The position numbers and the translations under genes are program-made. 64,000 nucleotides of DNA from Paraspadella gotoi (lineage: Eukaryota > Animalia > Chaetognatha). Within the stretch, counting starts at the first letter, position 1; each line of letters starts with the position of its first letter. Where the stretch lies: the NCBI GenBank assembly GCA_051294375.1, contig CM119268.1:19913971-19977970 (forward strand), given 5' to 3'. Below, in pieces: positions 26,201 through 39,200 of the stretch. The notes below the pieces were generated by a model. It was not told where the DNA came from. It made no database searches and worked only from the letters and a program-made list of their open reading frames with translations.

Positions 26201-29200
26201 ACGCCGTCCCTTCCGGCCCAAACAACTTTGACGATTCTCCACTTCTCTACGTTCACGATTCAAACAACAAACTGCGATGGCTTGTAGATGGAGGCGCAAT
26301 GGTCTCCATAATCCCTCCAACAACCAACGAACGACAAACAGGTCCCACAACAACCCTTTTACGTGCCGCAAACGGCACAGACATCTCGTGTTTCGGATAC
26401 AAAGACTTAGTTATTAACCTTGATGGCAAAGAGTATTATCCTTTTACGGTGACAATAGCCGACGTTTCACAACCACTGTTAGGCGCAGATTTTCTCGCAG
26501 AACATTATTTAGCACCAAACCATCGAGACCATATGCTGATTGACTTACAGGACTACACGACGATTGTTTCAACCCCTGCTTTAATGACAAAAAACACCAC
26601 ACTTCGAATCAACTTTGTAGAACAGGCAAACTCCTCGACTCATATCCCGACCTATGCATTCCATCTTTCAAACCCAGAGAACCTAAACACGGGGTCCGCC
26701 ACTATATTCCGACCAGTGGGTCCCCAGTCCAATCCCGTGCTCGACGCCTCTCGCCTGAAAAACTAAAAGTCGCACGTGAGGAATTGGAAAAACTCTGCGA
26801 TATGGGAATTGCCCGCAGAGCCAAGAGTGAGTGGGCCTCCCCTTTGCTTGTTGTCAACAAGCCTGATGGAGGCTACAGAGTCTGCGGCGATTTCCGACGG
26901 CTGAACAATGTGACGATAGATGACAAATATCCCGTCAAAACACTAAATGATTTCAACGCCAATCTCTCCGGCAAAACCATATTCAGCAAAATCGACTTGC
27001 TAAAAGGTTACCACCAAATTCCTGTGGCCGAGGAGGACGTCAAAAAGACGGGCGTAATCACGCCATTTGGACTTTTCATTTTTCCAAGAACTCCTTTCGG
27101 CCTTAAGAACGCTGGCCAAGATTTCCAGCGTCTTATGGACGAAATCTTGGCAGACTTACCCCACGTTTTTGTCTATATTGACGACATACTCGTAGCCTCT
27201 ACATCTCCCACCGAACACGAGCAACACCTCAAAGAGGTTTTCGAAACTCTCCACCAAAACGGCTTGGTTGTAAATCGCAAAAAATGCGTTTTTGGCAAGC
27301 CAGAGTTGGAATTTCTGGGCTACAAGGTCAACGCCAAAGGCATCGCCCCATTACCTGAAAGAGTCTCTGCCATTACCGAGACAAAACCACCAACCACAGT
27401 AAAGGAATTGCAAAGATTCCTAGGAATGATTAATTATTACAGACGTTTCATTCCCCACTCAGCGCATCACATGTTTCACCTTTTTGAAGCACTGAAAAGC
27501 AAACCCAAAATCTTGGATTGGACCCCTGAACGGCAACAAGCATTTGAGGCCATCAAGCGGGCCCTTTCACAAGCAACCATGCTCGGTCATCCTCGAGCCG
27601 GCGCACAACTGGCAGTGACTTCCGACGCCTCCAACAGCAATCGGAGCGGTCCTCGAGCAACGAGGCCCACGAGGATGGGAACCCCTTTCCTTTTTCTCAG
27701 CGAAGCTGCATAAAAATCAGCAGCAATGGCCTCCGTTTGACAGAGAGCTGTTGGCAGCATTCCGGGCAATCCGACATTTTCGCCCAATGGTTGAAGGACG
27801 CCCATTTACCTTATATACAGACCACAAGTCTCTGGTACCGGCCTTAGCCAAAAAAGCTGAACCCCATACTGCACGTCAAACATATCAATTAGCAGGAATC
27901 GCAGAATTTACGACTGATATCCGCTATTTAGCCGGCAAGGCAAATGTCGTTGCAGACCAACTTTCTCGTCCCATCACAATCAACGAGGAAACTGTAGAAT
28001 CTCTTTCTCCTCCTCCACCCTCTCCCACCCCTCCCCCGCTCTTCCCTTCTTTATCTAACTCACCCAGTAATCCCAAACCCCCGGTGATAGCTTCAATCGA
28101 TAAAGCAATTCCACAAGAGAAGCAAGACGATTTCGGGCGAACAGTCTCCTCCATTTTAGAGCATGGCATCGACCTGAATGCACTCGCTGCTGACCAACCC
28201 CTGGATGCAGACTTTCAACGAATCTCACAGGAATCCCAGACCGGCTTACGTTTCCGCCGAATCCCTTTGGGCGATCGCGACATAATCGTCGACGTAAGCA
28301 ACGGCCCGTGCAGACCATTTGTGCCTTATTCATGGCGACGCCGAGTATTCAAGGCAATACATAATCTCGGCCACCCAGGTGTCGAACGAACGCGCCAAAC
28401 TATTTGTCAAAAATTTGTCTGGCCATCCATTCGCTCTGACACAGCCAAATGGGCCCGTGCCTGCCCTGACTGTCAAAAAGCAAAGGTCACTAAAAACACC
28501 GTACCAGAAATTGGCAAATTCGAAGTCCCTGACAAACGTTTTTCCCATATCCACGTAGATATCGTCATTCTTCCACAATCCAACGGATACAACCACGTGT
28601 TAACCATCGTCGACCGATTTACAAGATGGCCCGCCGCCATCCCTATCAGAACATCACAGCAAAAACTGTTATAGATGCGTTAACACACGGCTGGATCGCC
28701 TCCTTTGGCGTCCCCGCCACTATAACGACAGACCGCGGCGCACAGTTCTTGTCAGCCACGTGGAAACAATTGCTAAAGTCATGGGGTATCCAACACAACC
28801 TAACAACATCTTACCATCCACAGTCTAACGGTTTAGTCGAGCGTTTTCACCGACGATTAAAAGAATCGCTAATCACTCTCGGTAACGACGCTCGCGACAA
28901 CTGGTATTGGCGCCTCCCATGCTCCCTGCTCGCCATCAGAACAACTCTCAAGCCCGACGTCGGCGCATCCCCGGCCGAACTCGTTTACGGCGAAGCCATA
29001 GCCGTCCCGGGAGACCTGCTTCCGGCCCAGACCGGAAGTGACGCTGACGAGGCGCATCAACGTCGACGGACCCTCGCCAACCTCCGTCTCGAAGTCGCCC
29101 GCCTCCAGCCTCAACCAACCTCGACGCATCGGCAACCGCGAGTTTTTATTCCTAACACCCTCCAACGCGCCACTCACGTCTACGTCCGGCGCGGCGGCGT

Positions 29201-29651
29201 CAAGCCGCCACTCACGGCGCCTTACCTTGGTCCATACCGTGTAATCTCGCGTGAAGAACTGACTTACAAAATCGAAATCCCCGGCCGCGGAAGCGAAATC
29301 GTCTCGATCTCCCGCCTCAAGCCCGCGTGGGAATCTCGCAACGACGTGGAGGGCGACGAGGGCGACGAGGGCGACGAAAATGATCGCCTGCACCCTTCTC
29401 CGCCTCCCTCGCCACCTCCTCGCGGCCGGAGACCCGGCCCACGAACCCGAAATTTTGCTCCTTCATCTCGAAGCCTGCGCCCGCGAAACTCGAATAACTC
29501 CTCCGCCCGTTTTTCCGAACCTCCCCGCCTCCTCTCCCGCCCTCCCCCGCCTCTGCACCCACCTCCCCACACCTTCCCGCTCCAGAAAACGTCGAAAACG
29601 GCATCGAAATCGATGAAACAGCGCCCGAAAACAAAGGAAAACAAAACGTAA
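26170..29651 (+). CDS. pol: Gypsy B pol (protease-RT-RNase H-integrase), several 1-nt frameshifts
   Basis: LVDGGA protease, YIDD RT, DAS RNase H, HHCC and DDE integrase, GPY module across ORFs 26032-26766, 26784-27713, 27751-28674 and 28626-29651. Confidence 0.9.
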
Positions 29652-31621
29652 ACAATGAAATAAACAATCCTTTCTCGTCCTTGTCAGGACAACAACGACA
29701 ACAAAACGGAGGCGAATTCGAAGGCGAGGAACACGTGTCGATCTCCTCTCCTCCTCTCCCTTCACCTCCCCCTCCCCCAACCCCCAAAATCTCCCCTCAT
29801 CAATTATCGCGCCCAACGCGGGAAAATTTTCCGCGGCGCTCCTCTCGATTAAGAAACGGCGCTCATCCAGTCGCGTCAGTGCGACATTCCTACGCGCCAG
29901 TCCTCGCCCAACTCCTTCGTAATCACCTTGGAACCTAATCGGACTAATTCACAACTGAACGGAGCAGCCAAAACAAACTTTTCTTTTCTGTTTTCCCTTT
30001 TTAAGTAAATCATTACTTATCGCTTACAATTTTCAATTGTTATCGTTTTTACAACTTTAATCGTTATCGTTTTTATACATTTGAATCCATACGTTAATTT
30101 TTCACCCATTTCACTGCACGGATTTCCATAAGTTACACTCTAACACACGAAATCCCATAATTAATTCATCGTCGAAATAATTCAATCCGGAATTATCTTC
30201 AAAACCTTTTTCCATCGAAAGTTTAACACAAACATGTGTTTTGTCTATCTGCATATTAGTAGAATAGTTTCTTTAAAATGGAAGCATTTTTATTTGTAGA
30301 CAAACACGCGTTAAATATTTTACCCCGTTTTTATCTGGGGGGCGTGTAGCTTCCAATCCCTTGGAAATAAAATTAATATAATCTNNNNNNNNNNNNNNNN
30401 NNNNNNNNNTTATTTAAAATAATTAATACAGAGCCATAGAATCTTGTAAATAATGTCTTAACATCGAGTCTCGAACCCGGGACTCATCGATCATGAAATA
30501 TCGCCTTTATCGATATCGCCACCGGGCATTTATTACAAATTAGATTCTAGAAGTCAGCCAATATTTAATGGAATCTTTTATCCTTTATTTGAACGTCTTT
30601 TGTTTCCTTTAAAGTCAGATTCCATACTAAACCGTCAGGGCTGCTTCCAGTTATTCAGCTTCTATTTACTTACCTCTTAGACCGGCTCTGTCTATGTAAT
30701 TCAATCCTGTTCTGTCCTTTCTCTGTGCCAAGATGTCGAATATTAAATCTACAGAACTGAGTTTAAATGGAAAAAGTAGATTTCATTAATTGAACGCCAA
30801 TTACTCATGAGTGGATGGGGCAAATTGACTTAAATTTGTATGTAGGTAGGAAAGTGTGTGATTTAGCTGAAAATCAAGTTTCGATGGAATCGTCTGAGTG
30901 GAAATGGAGTTTAAATGGAAAAAAAAACAAAAAAAAACCTGTTCTCAACCAATTGATTCTTTTGATTTTATAATGTAAATGTAAATTAATTAATCAATAA
31001 TTAATTAATCAATCAATTGATATTCAATCAATCAATTTATTTATCTAATTAATTAATCATTCAATCAATCAAATTTATTTTATCAATTAATTAATATTGT
31101 CGTCATCATCGTAAAAAACAAACATTTGGGATCAAATTAGTTAATTAATTAATTACCTAATTAATTAATTTCCGTTAATGATCGTGGGCAGATCCGACAT
31201 TGGTTGCTAAAAACTTGTTATAATAACAAATCACCAAACTGACTTTTTATTACCAAAAAATTTTATTTTTATAACAGATAACTAGTATTAACTACACAAT
31301 CATCATTAAAAATTGTTAAATTGTTTAAAAACTGTTAAAATTTGGACAAAAAAAAAAGATAAAAAAGTGATTCCGCACTTGAGAGAAATTTAAACATTTT
31401 TTAGGTCAAACATAAACGTCAAGTAGTTTTCTAACTAATAAATGTTATAAAATAATATACAGTGAAGAATTACCAGTTTAATCAAGTTTTTTTTGTATCG
31501 GTCCAGATTGAAGTCCCTGAATGTGCAAATATTTTAGAGTAAAATCTCATCTATTTTATTTAAATTTCTTTGATATGAAAGATTTATGAATTTTCTTCCT
31601 GACCTGATTTTTACTTCTCAG

Positions 31622-31741
31622 CTTCAAGTCTGATTAGCTTTAAGAATAAACCTGAAGCAACGATGGAAATGTCGTTGTGATAGAAACGGAAAAGTCTGGA
31701 TGGTCGTTGAATTACTAAATCGAAAATGTGAAATCGAAAAG
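31622..31741 (+). CDS. Probable internal exon 2 of the host gene
   Basis: ttttacttctcag| acceptor and AAG|GTAAGT donor; reads SFKSDLALRINLKQRWKCRCDRNGKVWMVVELLNRKCEIEK if one T is missing near 31633. Confidence 0.4.
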
Positions 31742-32199
31742 GTAAGTTTTCTTTTGCTATTATTTTTATGATCAGTAGGTAATGGTTAATGGTTATGTTT
31801 GAAACAGCATTTTAAATGTGTGGGATTTATTTAATTATTATGTGTTTTACTATATCAAACTGAATAGTAAATTAGATTAAATTTGAAAGTTTGAACTAAA
31901 TTGAGAACTACATGATTCAGGGACAACAAAAAGCTTAAAACACATACATTAAGGCGGAACACAGTAAAAACTTATTTGTCATTTTTTATACTGGATTATT
32001 ATGAAAAATAACTAAAAATGGTATTGCTTTGTTTTATCAGTCATTATTAACTAACAAAAGTACTTACTTAAAGTCATTTCTTAATAAATAAAAAAAACTT
32101 AAATCCCAGGTACAGAACGGTTTAGATATAGCAAAGAAAACCTAATTTTTTTTGTTCCAGCCTACAACTTCTCAATTCTTAAATATGTTTTTAATTCAG

Positions 32200-32615
32200 A
32201 TGGCGGTAAAATTTTCATCCAACGGGAAGCGACGGTTACGCTTATTGTCCCTTCAAGCAAGACGTGGATAAAATGTCACACACACTGATAAATGTTTTAA
32301 CATCATTGCATATTTACGATATAAAAGGTACGCTCGAAAAAATGTGGAAATACATGAGTTCGTACAAAATGGAACACAACAATCCGAACATGCCGTGGAA
32401 TCGACCAAAAACTTCACCACCACAGAAAGATGGAAGACCCAGTCTTTGTTAAGAATATGTCATTTCTCGAGTTTATGTCAAGCATAAAGAGAGACAATAA
32501 CCTTGATCAAGATTATGTGGAAAAAATTATGGATATGATGAGAATCCCGGGCGAATTAGAAAGGCACATGCCTGCTACCTCACACGATGACATGTCTCGC
32601 TATCAAGTTTACAGA
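32200..32615 (+). CDS. Probable internal exon 3 of the host gene
   Basis: ttaattcag| acceptor and AGA|GTGAGT donor; 416 nt, open for 138 codons if two extra As in A-runs are removed (joins ORFs 32264 and 32430). Confidence 0.45.
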
Positions 32616-32959
32616 GTGAGTCTGGATTAAGCTGACAAATCCTGATTTGTGATTAAATACTTGTAATAAAATTAAAATTCCAATTAATCAATTAATCTTT
32701 AATTTAATTGAAAACAGTTTAGAGATTATTTAAGTCTTCAGTGCTAACAAAAAAAAAATTAAGTCAATGAATTTTGCTGAGTGAGAATCGCGATTGAAAG
32801 TTTGTATGTGCTAGCTATGTTGTTTATCTTATAATGATCACAATACATTAATTTTAATTTTTTTGTTATGATGCAATAATCCTTTCTTTTTCGTTGTTTA
32901 TTGGTATTAGAGAAAGCAAAGAATTTTGAATTTTAACAACGATTTTTAATTAATAGTTG

Positions 32960-32996
32960 GACATGTTTCGGCTTGTTTACTTCAAGCCTTCATCGG
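32960..32996 (-). ncRNA. Hammerhead in left PLE-B arm (core mutated to CCGATGA)
   Basis: Reverse complement of 35534-35570 with a U-to-C change in the CUGA core. Confidence 0.6.
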
Positions 32997-35326
32997 CATA
33001 TGACATTCATTAATAAATTTGTGTAAAAGAAGAGTGTGAGAGAGAGAGAGAGGGTAAAAGTTTTCCAACAAAGTGGTGAGACAGAATAGTGGTCAGATGT
33101 GAGGACAGGTTGAAGGTGAGGGCAGATTGAGTGAGTTTGTGAAAGAAGTGAAACTTGTTAAAGAGAGAGAGAGAGTGAGAGAGAGAGAGAGAGAGAACAA
33201 ACAACAGGATAATAAATAATAAGATACATTTTTGCAATGTACAACAAAGATAAAGGAGTTTGAAAAATAACATTGGTGAAATTTAACATTTAACTAGTGA
33301 ATAAATAAGTAATTAGCTAAGGGATAGTTAAGTGAAATTGAACTATGAAAGAAAGTAGTTTTATAGTTTTAGTTGATAATTAGGAGACTAAGAAAGTGAA
33401 ATTTAAGGGAAAGAAAGAGCTTAAAATGATCAACAGCCTGAAGCGGCGGCAACCCTTTGGGCCCTTGCTGCGGCTCGACCTGGAACTGGCGTACTTCAGG
33501 TTCGATGGACAATATTATGCCAGCCTGCTGGCTTAGGGATGGGCAAATCAACGTCAAGTCCTCTGGCAGATTTTTATATGGAGGACTATGAGGTGGAAGC
33601 TTTGGCCTCTTTTCGATTGTCCTCTTCTGGTATCGGAAAGCAGACGATACCATTCTGGCTGTGCGCAAAGACCTCATTGAGGATCTACTAAACCACCTGA
33701 ACAGCATCCATGTGCGGATCAAGTGGACATGTGAGAGGGAGGTGAATGGGTCAATTCCAATGCTCGATGTGTTGATTCAACGCAATAGAGGGCGGCTCAT
33801 TGGAATTCTCAGTATATCGCAACCGACCCACACGAACCAATACATTCCCTTCATCTCGTATGCTCCCTTGTCTCACAAGCTCGCCACGGTCAGATCCCTT
33901 ACCAGGAGAGCTGCACTGATTCCGTCGACCCCGAGCTTCAGGCCGCCGAGCTTGAGCACATCAAAAGAGCCTTGGCGATCATGGCTACCCATTGTGGGCC
34001 TTCGAGAAGGCTAGGTATCGGCGCGCCTGGCTGAGGACAGTGGCCAACCAGGGGCTTTCCAAGTAACCACTGACGCAGGTTCTACCTCCTCCCCCAGGAG
34101 GCAGAATGGGAGCTTGCTGCTGAAGAGCCGACCGCGCCACCACAGCGCAAGTGGAAGATAAGCAGAAGCGCCCAAGGAACGTGGGTCACTTGTCCCTCCC
34201 TACCACCAGGGGATCACTGAAGCACTGGTGCGGGTGCTAGCAAAGCAGGGGATCTCCACTTCAGTGACGGCCCGCATCTGGTGAAACCGAAAGATAAAAT
34301 CCCCAGACCGAAAACATCAGGAGCCGTCTACTGGGCGGCCTGTGCAAGGGTGGGCAATCAATCCTGTGCAGCAGCATACATGGGAGAGACAGGAAAGTCT
34401 CTGACAGATCGATTCCAACAACACAAAAAAACCTTACCGTGACGCCCGAGGTCACTATTTGTCCGCATTTGCTGAGCATTCGGCAGACACAGGCCATCTG
34501 TTCAGGGAATCGGACTGTCTCGTGCTGTCCCATGACCGAACTGGTTCTCAAGAGGTATTAGAGAGGCAATTTACATCAAAGCCCTCGAGCCCTCTTTGAA
34601 CCGTGATGGAGGACGATTCGATCTCCCTCCAAGCTATGATTCGCTTATCAAAAGCGTGGTGGAGGCCCCGCCGCCACCATGCCCGCACAATGACTCCCCT
34701 ATCTCCACTCAACGAGATAGGCGGAGACCCTTGCGCAGGCAATGGGCAAACGATGCCTCTCTCTCTAATGCAGCACAACTCAGCCCCTCCCTCTGCGGAC
34801 TGAGCGTCGCCCAAAACGACGGCTTCAGGAGGAGGAGAGGAAGACTGTCACTCCTGTCACAAAAGTGGCAAGAACGGACAACCGCCCACCTCGTCAGCAG
34901 ACGAGAAGAGGGCAGCCGGCAGGCCGTATCAGGCCAAAGAGACATAAGAGTGGCCCTGGGGATCTTTCCACAAGGATCACTTCCCAATCCGGCATTCACC
35001 AGTTCAGTCGTACTCTCCTCTCAGCCACTGACACGCCAATGTCCCGTCTTCATCGTCCTTGTCGTTCATTTGCAAAAAACAAGGGGGCCAGCTCATTTTG
35101 AGCTCTTTCTTTCCCTTAAATTTCACTTTCTTAGTCTCCTAATTATCAACTAAACTATAAAACTACTTTCTTTCATATTTCAATTTCACTTAACTATCCC
35201 TTAGCTAATTACTTATTTATTCACTAGTTAAATGTTAAATTTCACCAATGTTAGTTTTTCAAACTCCTTTATCTTTGTTGTACATTGCAAAAATGTATCT
35301 TTATTATTTTATTTATCCCTGTTGTT

Positions 35327-35370
<44 letters not shown>

Positions 35371-35533
35371 AAGTTTCACTTCTTTTCACAACTCACTCAA
35401 TCTGCCCTCACCTTCAACCTGTCCTCACATCTGACCACTATTCTGTCTCACCACTTTGTTGGAAAACTTTTACCCTCTCTCTCTCTCTCTCACACTCTTC
35501 TTTTACACAAAATTTATTAATGAATGTCATATG

Positions 35534-35570
35534 CTGATGAAGGCTTGAAGTAAACAAGCCGAAACATGTC
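35534..35570 (+). ncRNA. Hammerhead ribozyme in PLE-B pLTR
   Basis: CTGATGA-a-GGCTTG-aagtaaa-CAAGCC-GAAAC-ATGTC. Confidence 0.82.
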
Positions 35571-35652
35571 CAACTATTAATTAAAATCGTTGTTAAAAAT
35601 TCAAAATTCTTTGCTTTCTCTAATTTTTTTGTTAAATTTTAAAAATTTCAAG

Positions 35653-35802
35653 ACTGCAAATGACCTTCACGAATCAATGAGAGGCGTGAGAGATTATTGG
35701 TCCCCGGATCATCTTCCACCTGGACGCCACCTAGAAGATTCACACGTTCACAAGATGGAACTGGTTCGAGCTTTGATCGATGTCAACAGTTGCACCTACA
35801 TG
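35653..35802 (+). CDS. Probable internal exon 4 of the host gene
   Basis: tttcaag| acceptor and ATG|GTGATT donor, 150 nt phase 0-0, TANDLHESMRGVRDYWSPDHLPPGRHLEDSHVHKMELVRALIDVNSCTYM; GC-richer than flanks. Confidence 0.45.
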
Positions 35803-35837
35803 GTGATTTTTCTTTCTCTTAATAATTTTTGTTAATT

Positions 35838-36085
35838 AAATCGGCTTATAGCAGATTCCGGCTCTAAGATTTACTTTGTCGGTCTGTCGGTCCGCCCCTC
35901 AATCTTGTCGGCCATTCACTTATATCATGTCAAAACATCGAATTATGATAAAATTATGCAAAAATCTGTCTGTCTGTCCCACCCTAACAAAAAACTCCAA
36001 TTACTCGTGATTGGATGGATGGATTGAAATGAAATTTTGTGTGTGGGTAGGAAAGTGTGTGATTGAGCTTGATATGAAGTTTCGA
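35838..36085 (+). mobile_element. HINE/DINE-1-like 5' fragment
   Basis: Degenerate subTIR, GTCY microsatellite and one internal unit like 20986-21385. Confidence 0.6.
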
Positions 36086-36270
36086 ACTTTGCTCAGTTAA
36101 TCAGGCAAAATATTACCTAAGTTCATCCCTTAATAATATTTCCCTTTTATATCTTAGCAAATTAGATCATAAGTTAGTCAGTTATATCTTAGTTTTAAAG
36201 TTCCTTTCCTCAATTAAAAATTGCCTACTTTTATTCAGTTAACTACTAGGTAAACCAAAAAATTGTCTAT

Positions 36271-39200
36271 TGTGGACGCAACAAGTTTCAGAGTAAGAAT
36301 GATTTATTCTTCAACAATGTCAATAACAATAACAGTCAAAAGCTCAGATGCTAAGTCTACAACAATGATATTTACAAGGTCAAAGTTTGACCATAAAGAG
36401 AAAGGCAAATGACCGAAGGTAAGGTTGAGAGTAAGGTCAGATTGTTTGACCGTGGTTGCGTGTTATGGTTGTTCGTCCACACATCCCCCCACCAAGGCTT
36501 TGACCGGATGGGGAGAAGGCTTGAAAGAGTCATTGGAATGCTTCGTCGTTGTCATCGTCTTCCGGCGGCTGGAGCATCGTCGGGAGGACGTTCAAAAGAC
36601 CAGGAATTGAAGAGGATTGGCGTCGAACAACGTGCGGCGTCGTGGAAGACGCGAAAGGCGCCGGTTCCGGAGGCGGGGATGCCGGGGAGGGAGCGGTGGC
36701 TCGACGAGGACGGCCGCGTGGGCGCGCCAGAGGTGGATCCGGAGGCGCGAGCTCGTCAGTGATGGCCGGCTTCAATCTATCGATGGATATGACTTCGACG
36801 CCGCGGCCCGGGATTTCGACCTTAAAAGTTTTTGGTCCTCGTTCGCGCACGATGTATGGACCATCGTACGGGGGCTGGAGCGGCGTTGAGTGGCCGTCGC
36901 GTCTGATGTAGACGCGGTCAGCGTCAGCGAGCGTTTCCGGGATGTGGGAGGGTGGCGATGCGTGCCAAGCGGCCGGCAGAGGTTGCATGAGGGCAACATC
37001 TGCACGAAGGTCGTCTAGGATTCGTGCGCGAGCGGCGGCGTCGATGTCGGTTGCTGGAACCGGAAGTAGTTCACTGGGGAGTGTCAGCGTCTCGCCCAGC
37101 GTCAGTTCTGCCGGAGAGGCATCAGAATCTTCGCGCGGAGTGGCGCGGAGGCTCAACAGTGTCCACGGGAGCTGCGCCAGCCAGTTTTCTCCGGCAGCGT
37201 CGCAGCGGGCGCGGAGAGCCGCCTTCAGCGTTCGATGGAGACGCTCGACCATCCCATTTGACTGAGGGTGGTAGGCGGTCGTTGTGGAGGGGTCAAATCC
37301 GACTATGGCGGCCACTTGGCGCCACAATTCGGACGTGAATTGGGCGCCACGATCGGTAGTGACGACGGAGGGAACGCCAAATCTCGAGACCCAGTTTTGA
37401 AGCGGCGGCAACAGAGGCAGCGGAGGTGTCGCGGAGGGGCGCCGCCTCCGGCCAGCGCGTAAAGCGGTCGATCATCGTCAAGAGATGCGTGTGGCCGGAA
37501 ACAGCTGGTAGCGGCCCGACGAGGTCGATGTGTACGTGCGCAAAGCGTTTAGACGGGGGTTCAAACTGTTGGAGCGGCGCGCGGACGTGGCGCTGCGTCT
37601 TAGCTCGCTGGCAGGTATCGCATGACGCCGCCCACCTCGCAACATCAGAGGAGACGGATGGCCACACAAAACGCGTGGTCACAAGTTTTTTGGATGCGCG
37701 AACACCTGGATGTGCGATGCCATGAGTGGCGTCGAAAATGCGTCGGCGCCAAGGCGCCGGAACGAGTGGGCGTGCCCTGGAGCCGGAGACATCGCAGATG
37801 AGAGTCGTGTTGTTGATCGGGACAGTTTTGAGGCGGAGCGCCGTATGAGGATCGTTGAGGAGCCGCTGGACATCCTCGTCAACGGCTTGATCGGCCGCCA
37901 TTGCCTCGAAGTTGACTTGGAGGGCGCCGACGGCATTGACGGTGGCGGCGATATCCTCATGCTCTTTTTGCACGTTCGAGATTGATTCGAGTTGATCCGT
38001 GGGGGTTGGCGGCAGTGGCGGCGCTGGCGGCGGAGTTGGCGGGCGAGAAAGGGCGTCGGCAACGACATTCGCCTTTCCGGCAATATGACGGATGTCGCCG
38101 GTGTATTCGGCGATGCCCGCCAACTGATAGGTCTGTCTCATGGTGTGAGGCTCAGCCTTTTTCCGCAGCGCCGGGACAAGCGATATGTGGTCGCTGAAAA
38201 GCGTGAAGCGGCGTCCTTCAACGTATGGGCGGAAATGGCGGATCGAGGTGTGGGCGGCGAGAAGCTCTTTGTCAAAGGGCGGCCATTTGCGCTGGTTGGG
38301 TTTCAGTGGCTTTGAATGAAAACCCAGGGGCTGCCATTGGCCGTCGACGAGCTGCTCGAGGACGGCGCCGACGGCGACGTCAGAGGCGTCGACGGTTAGA
38401 GCGAGAGGGGCGCCGTCAATCGGATGGACTAGCATTGTAGAGTCAGCGAGGGCGTTTTTGATTGCCGAGAACGCGGCGTCTTGTGGCGCCGCCCATTTTA
38501 GTGCGCGCGGTTTTCCGCGAAGGACTTCAAGAAGAGGGTCGAGGTGATGGGCGGCATGGGGGACGAATCGGCGGTAATAATTAAAAACGCCGAGGAAACG
38601 TTGTAGTTCTTTGACGGAAGTGGGCGTTGCCATTGCCCGCAGCGCCTCCACTTTGGCCGGAAGAGGGCGGACGCCATCTTTGTCCACGGTGTAGCCAAGA
38701 AACTCCAGGCTGGAGGCGCCGAAGACGCACTTGGCGCGATTGACAATGAGGCCATTGTCGGCGAGGGCGTTGAGGACGCGTTTGAGGTCCACCTGATGCT
38801 CTTCATGTGAGTGAGATGCAACGAGGAGATCGTCTAAGTAGACGAAAACATGGGGGATGCCGCTCAGGACTTGATCCATCANNNNNNNNNNNNNNNNNNN
38901 NNNNNNNNNNNNNNNNNNNNNNNNNNNNNNNNNNNNNNNNNNNNNNNNNNNNNNNNNNNNNNNNNNNNNNNNNNNNNNNNNNNNNNNNNNNNNNNNNNNN
39001 NNNNNNNNNNNNNNNNNNNNNNNNNNNNNNNNNNNNNNNNNNNNNNNNNNNNNNNNNNNNNNNNNNNNNNNNNNNNNNNNNNNNNNNNNNNNNNNNNNNN
39101 NNNNNNNNNNNNNNNNNNNNNNNNNNNNNNNNNNNNNNNNNNNNNNNNNNNNNNNNNNNNNNNNNNNNNNNNNNNNNNNNNNNNNNNNNNNNNNNNNNNN

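Larger units (their letters stand above)
24694..30753 (+). mobile_element. Ty3/Gypsy family B, near full length
   Basis: 5' LTR end 24694-24767 matches ~30681-30753; PBS TGGTGAGCC at 24770; PPT GGGGGG 30337-30342; 3' LTR TGTAG(30345)...CTACA(30753). Confidence 0.95.
20986..31219 (+). mobile_element. HINE/DINE-1-like non-autonomous Helentron split by Gypsy insertions
   Basis: TTTTTA-GTCGGATCTGC-ttatca-GCAGATCCCGAC 5' end, (GTCC)n microsatellite, ~140-bp internal units breaking at 21385 and resuming at 30754; 3' subTIR GCAGATCCGAC at 31188-31198. Confidence 0.7.
32906..35624 (+). mobile_element. Penelope-like element B: 5'-truncated RT + GIY-YIG between ~525-bp inverted pLTRs
   Basis: Arms 32906-33429 and 35093-35624 are inverted; RT YFRFDGQYY..GLGMGKSTSSPLADFYM and WYRKADDT; endonuclease GAVYWAAC..YMGETGKSL..RGIREAIYI..LNRDGG. 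Confidence 0.92.
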
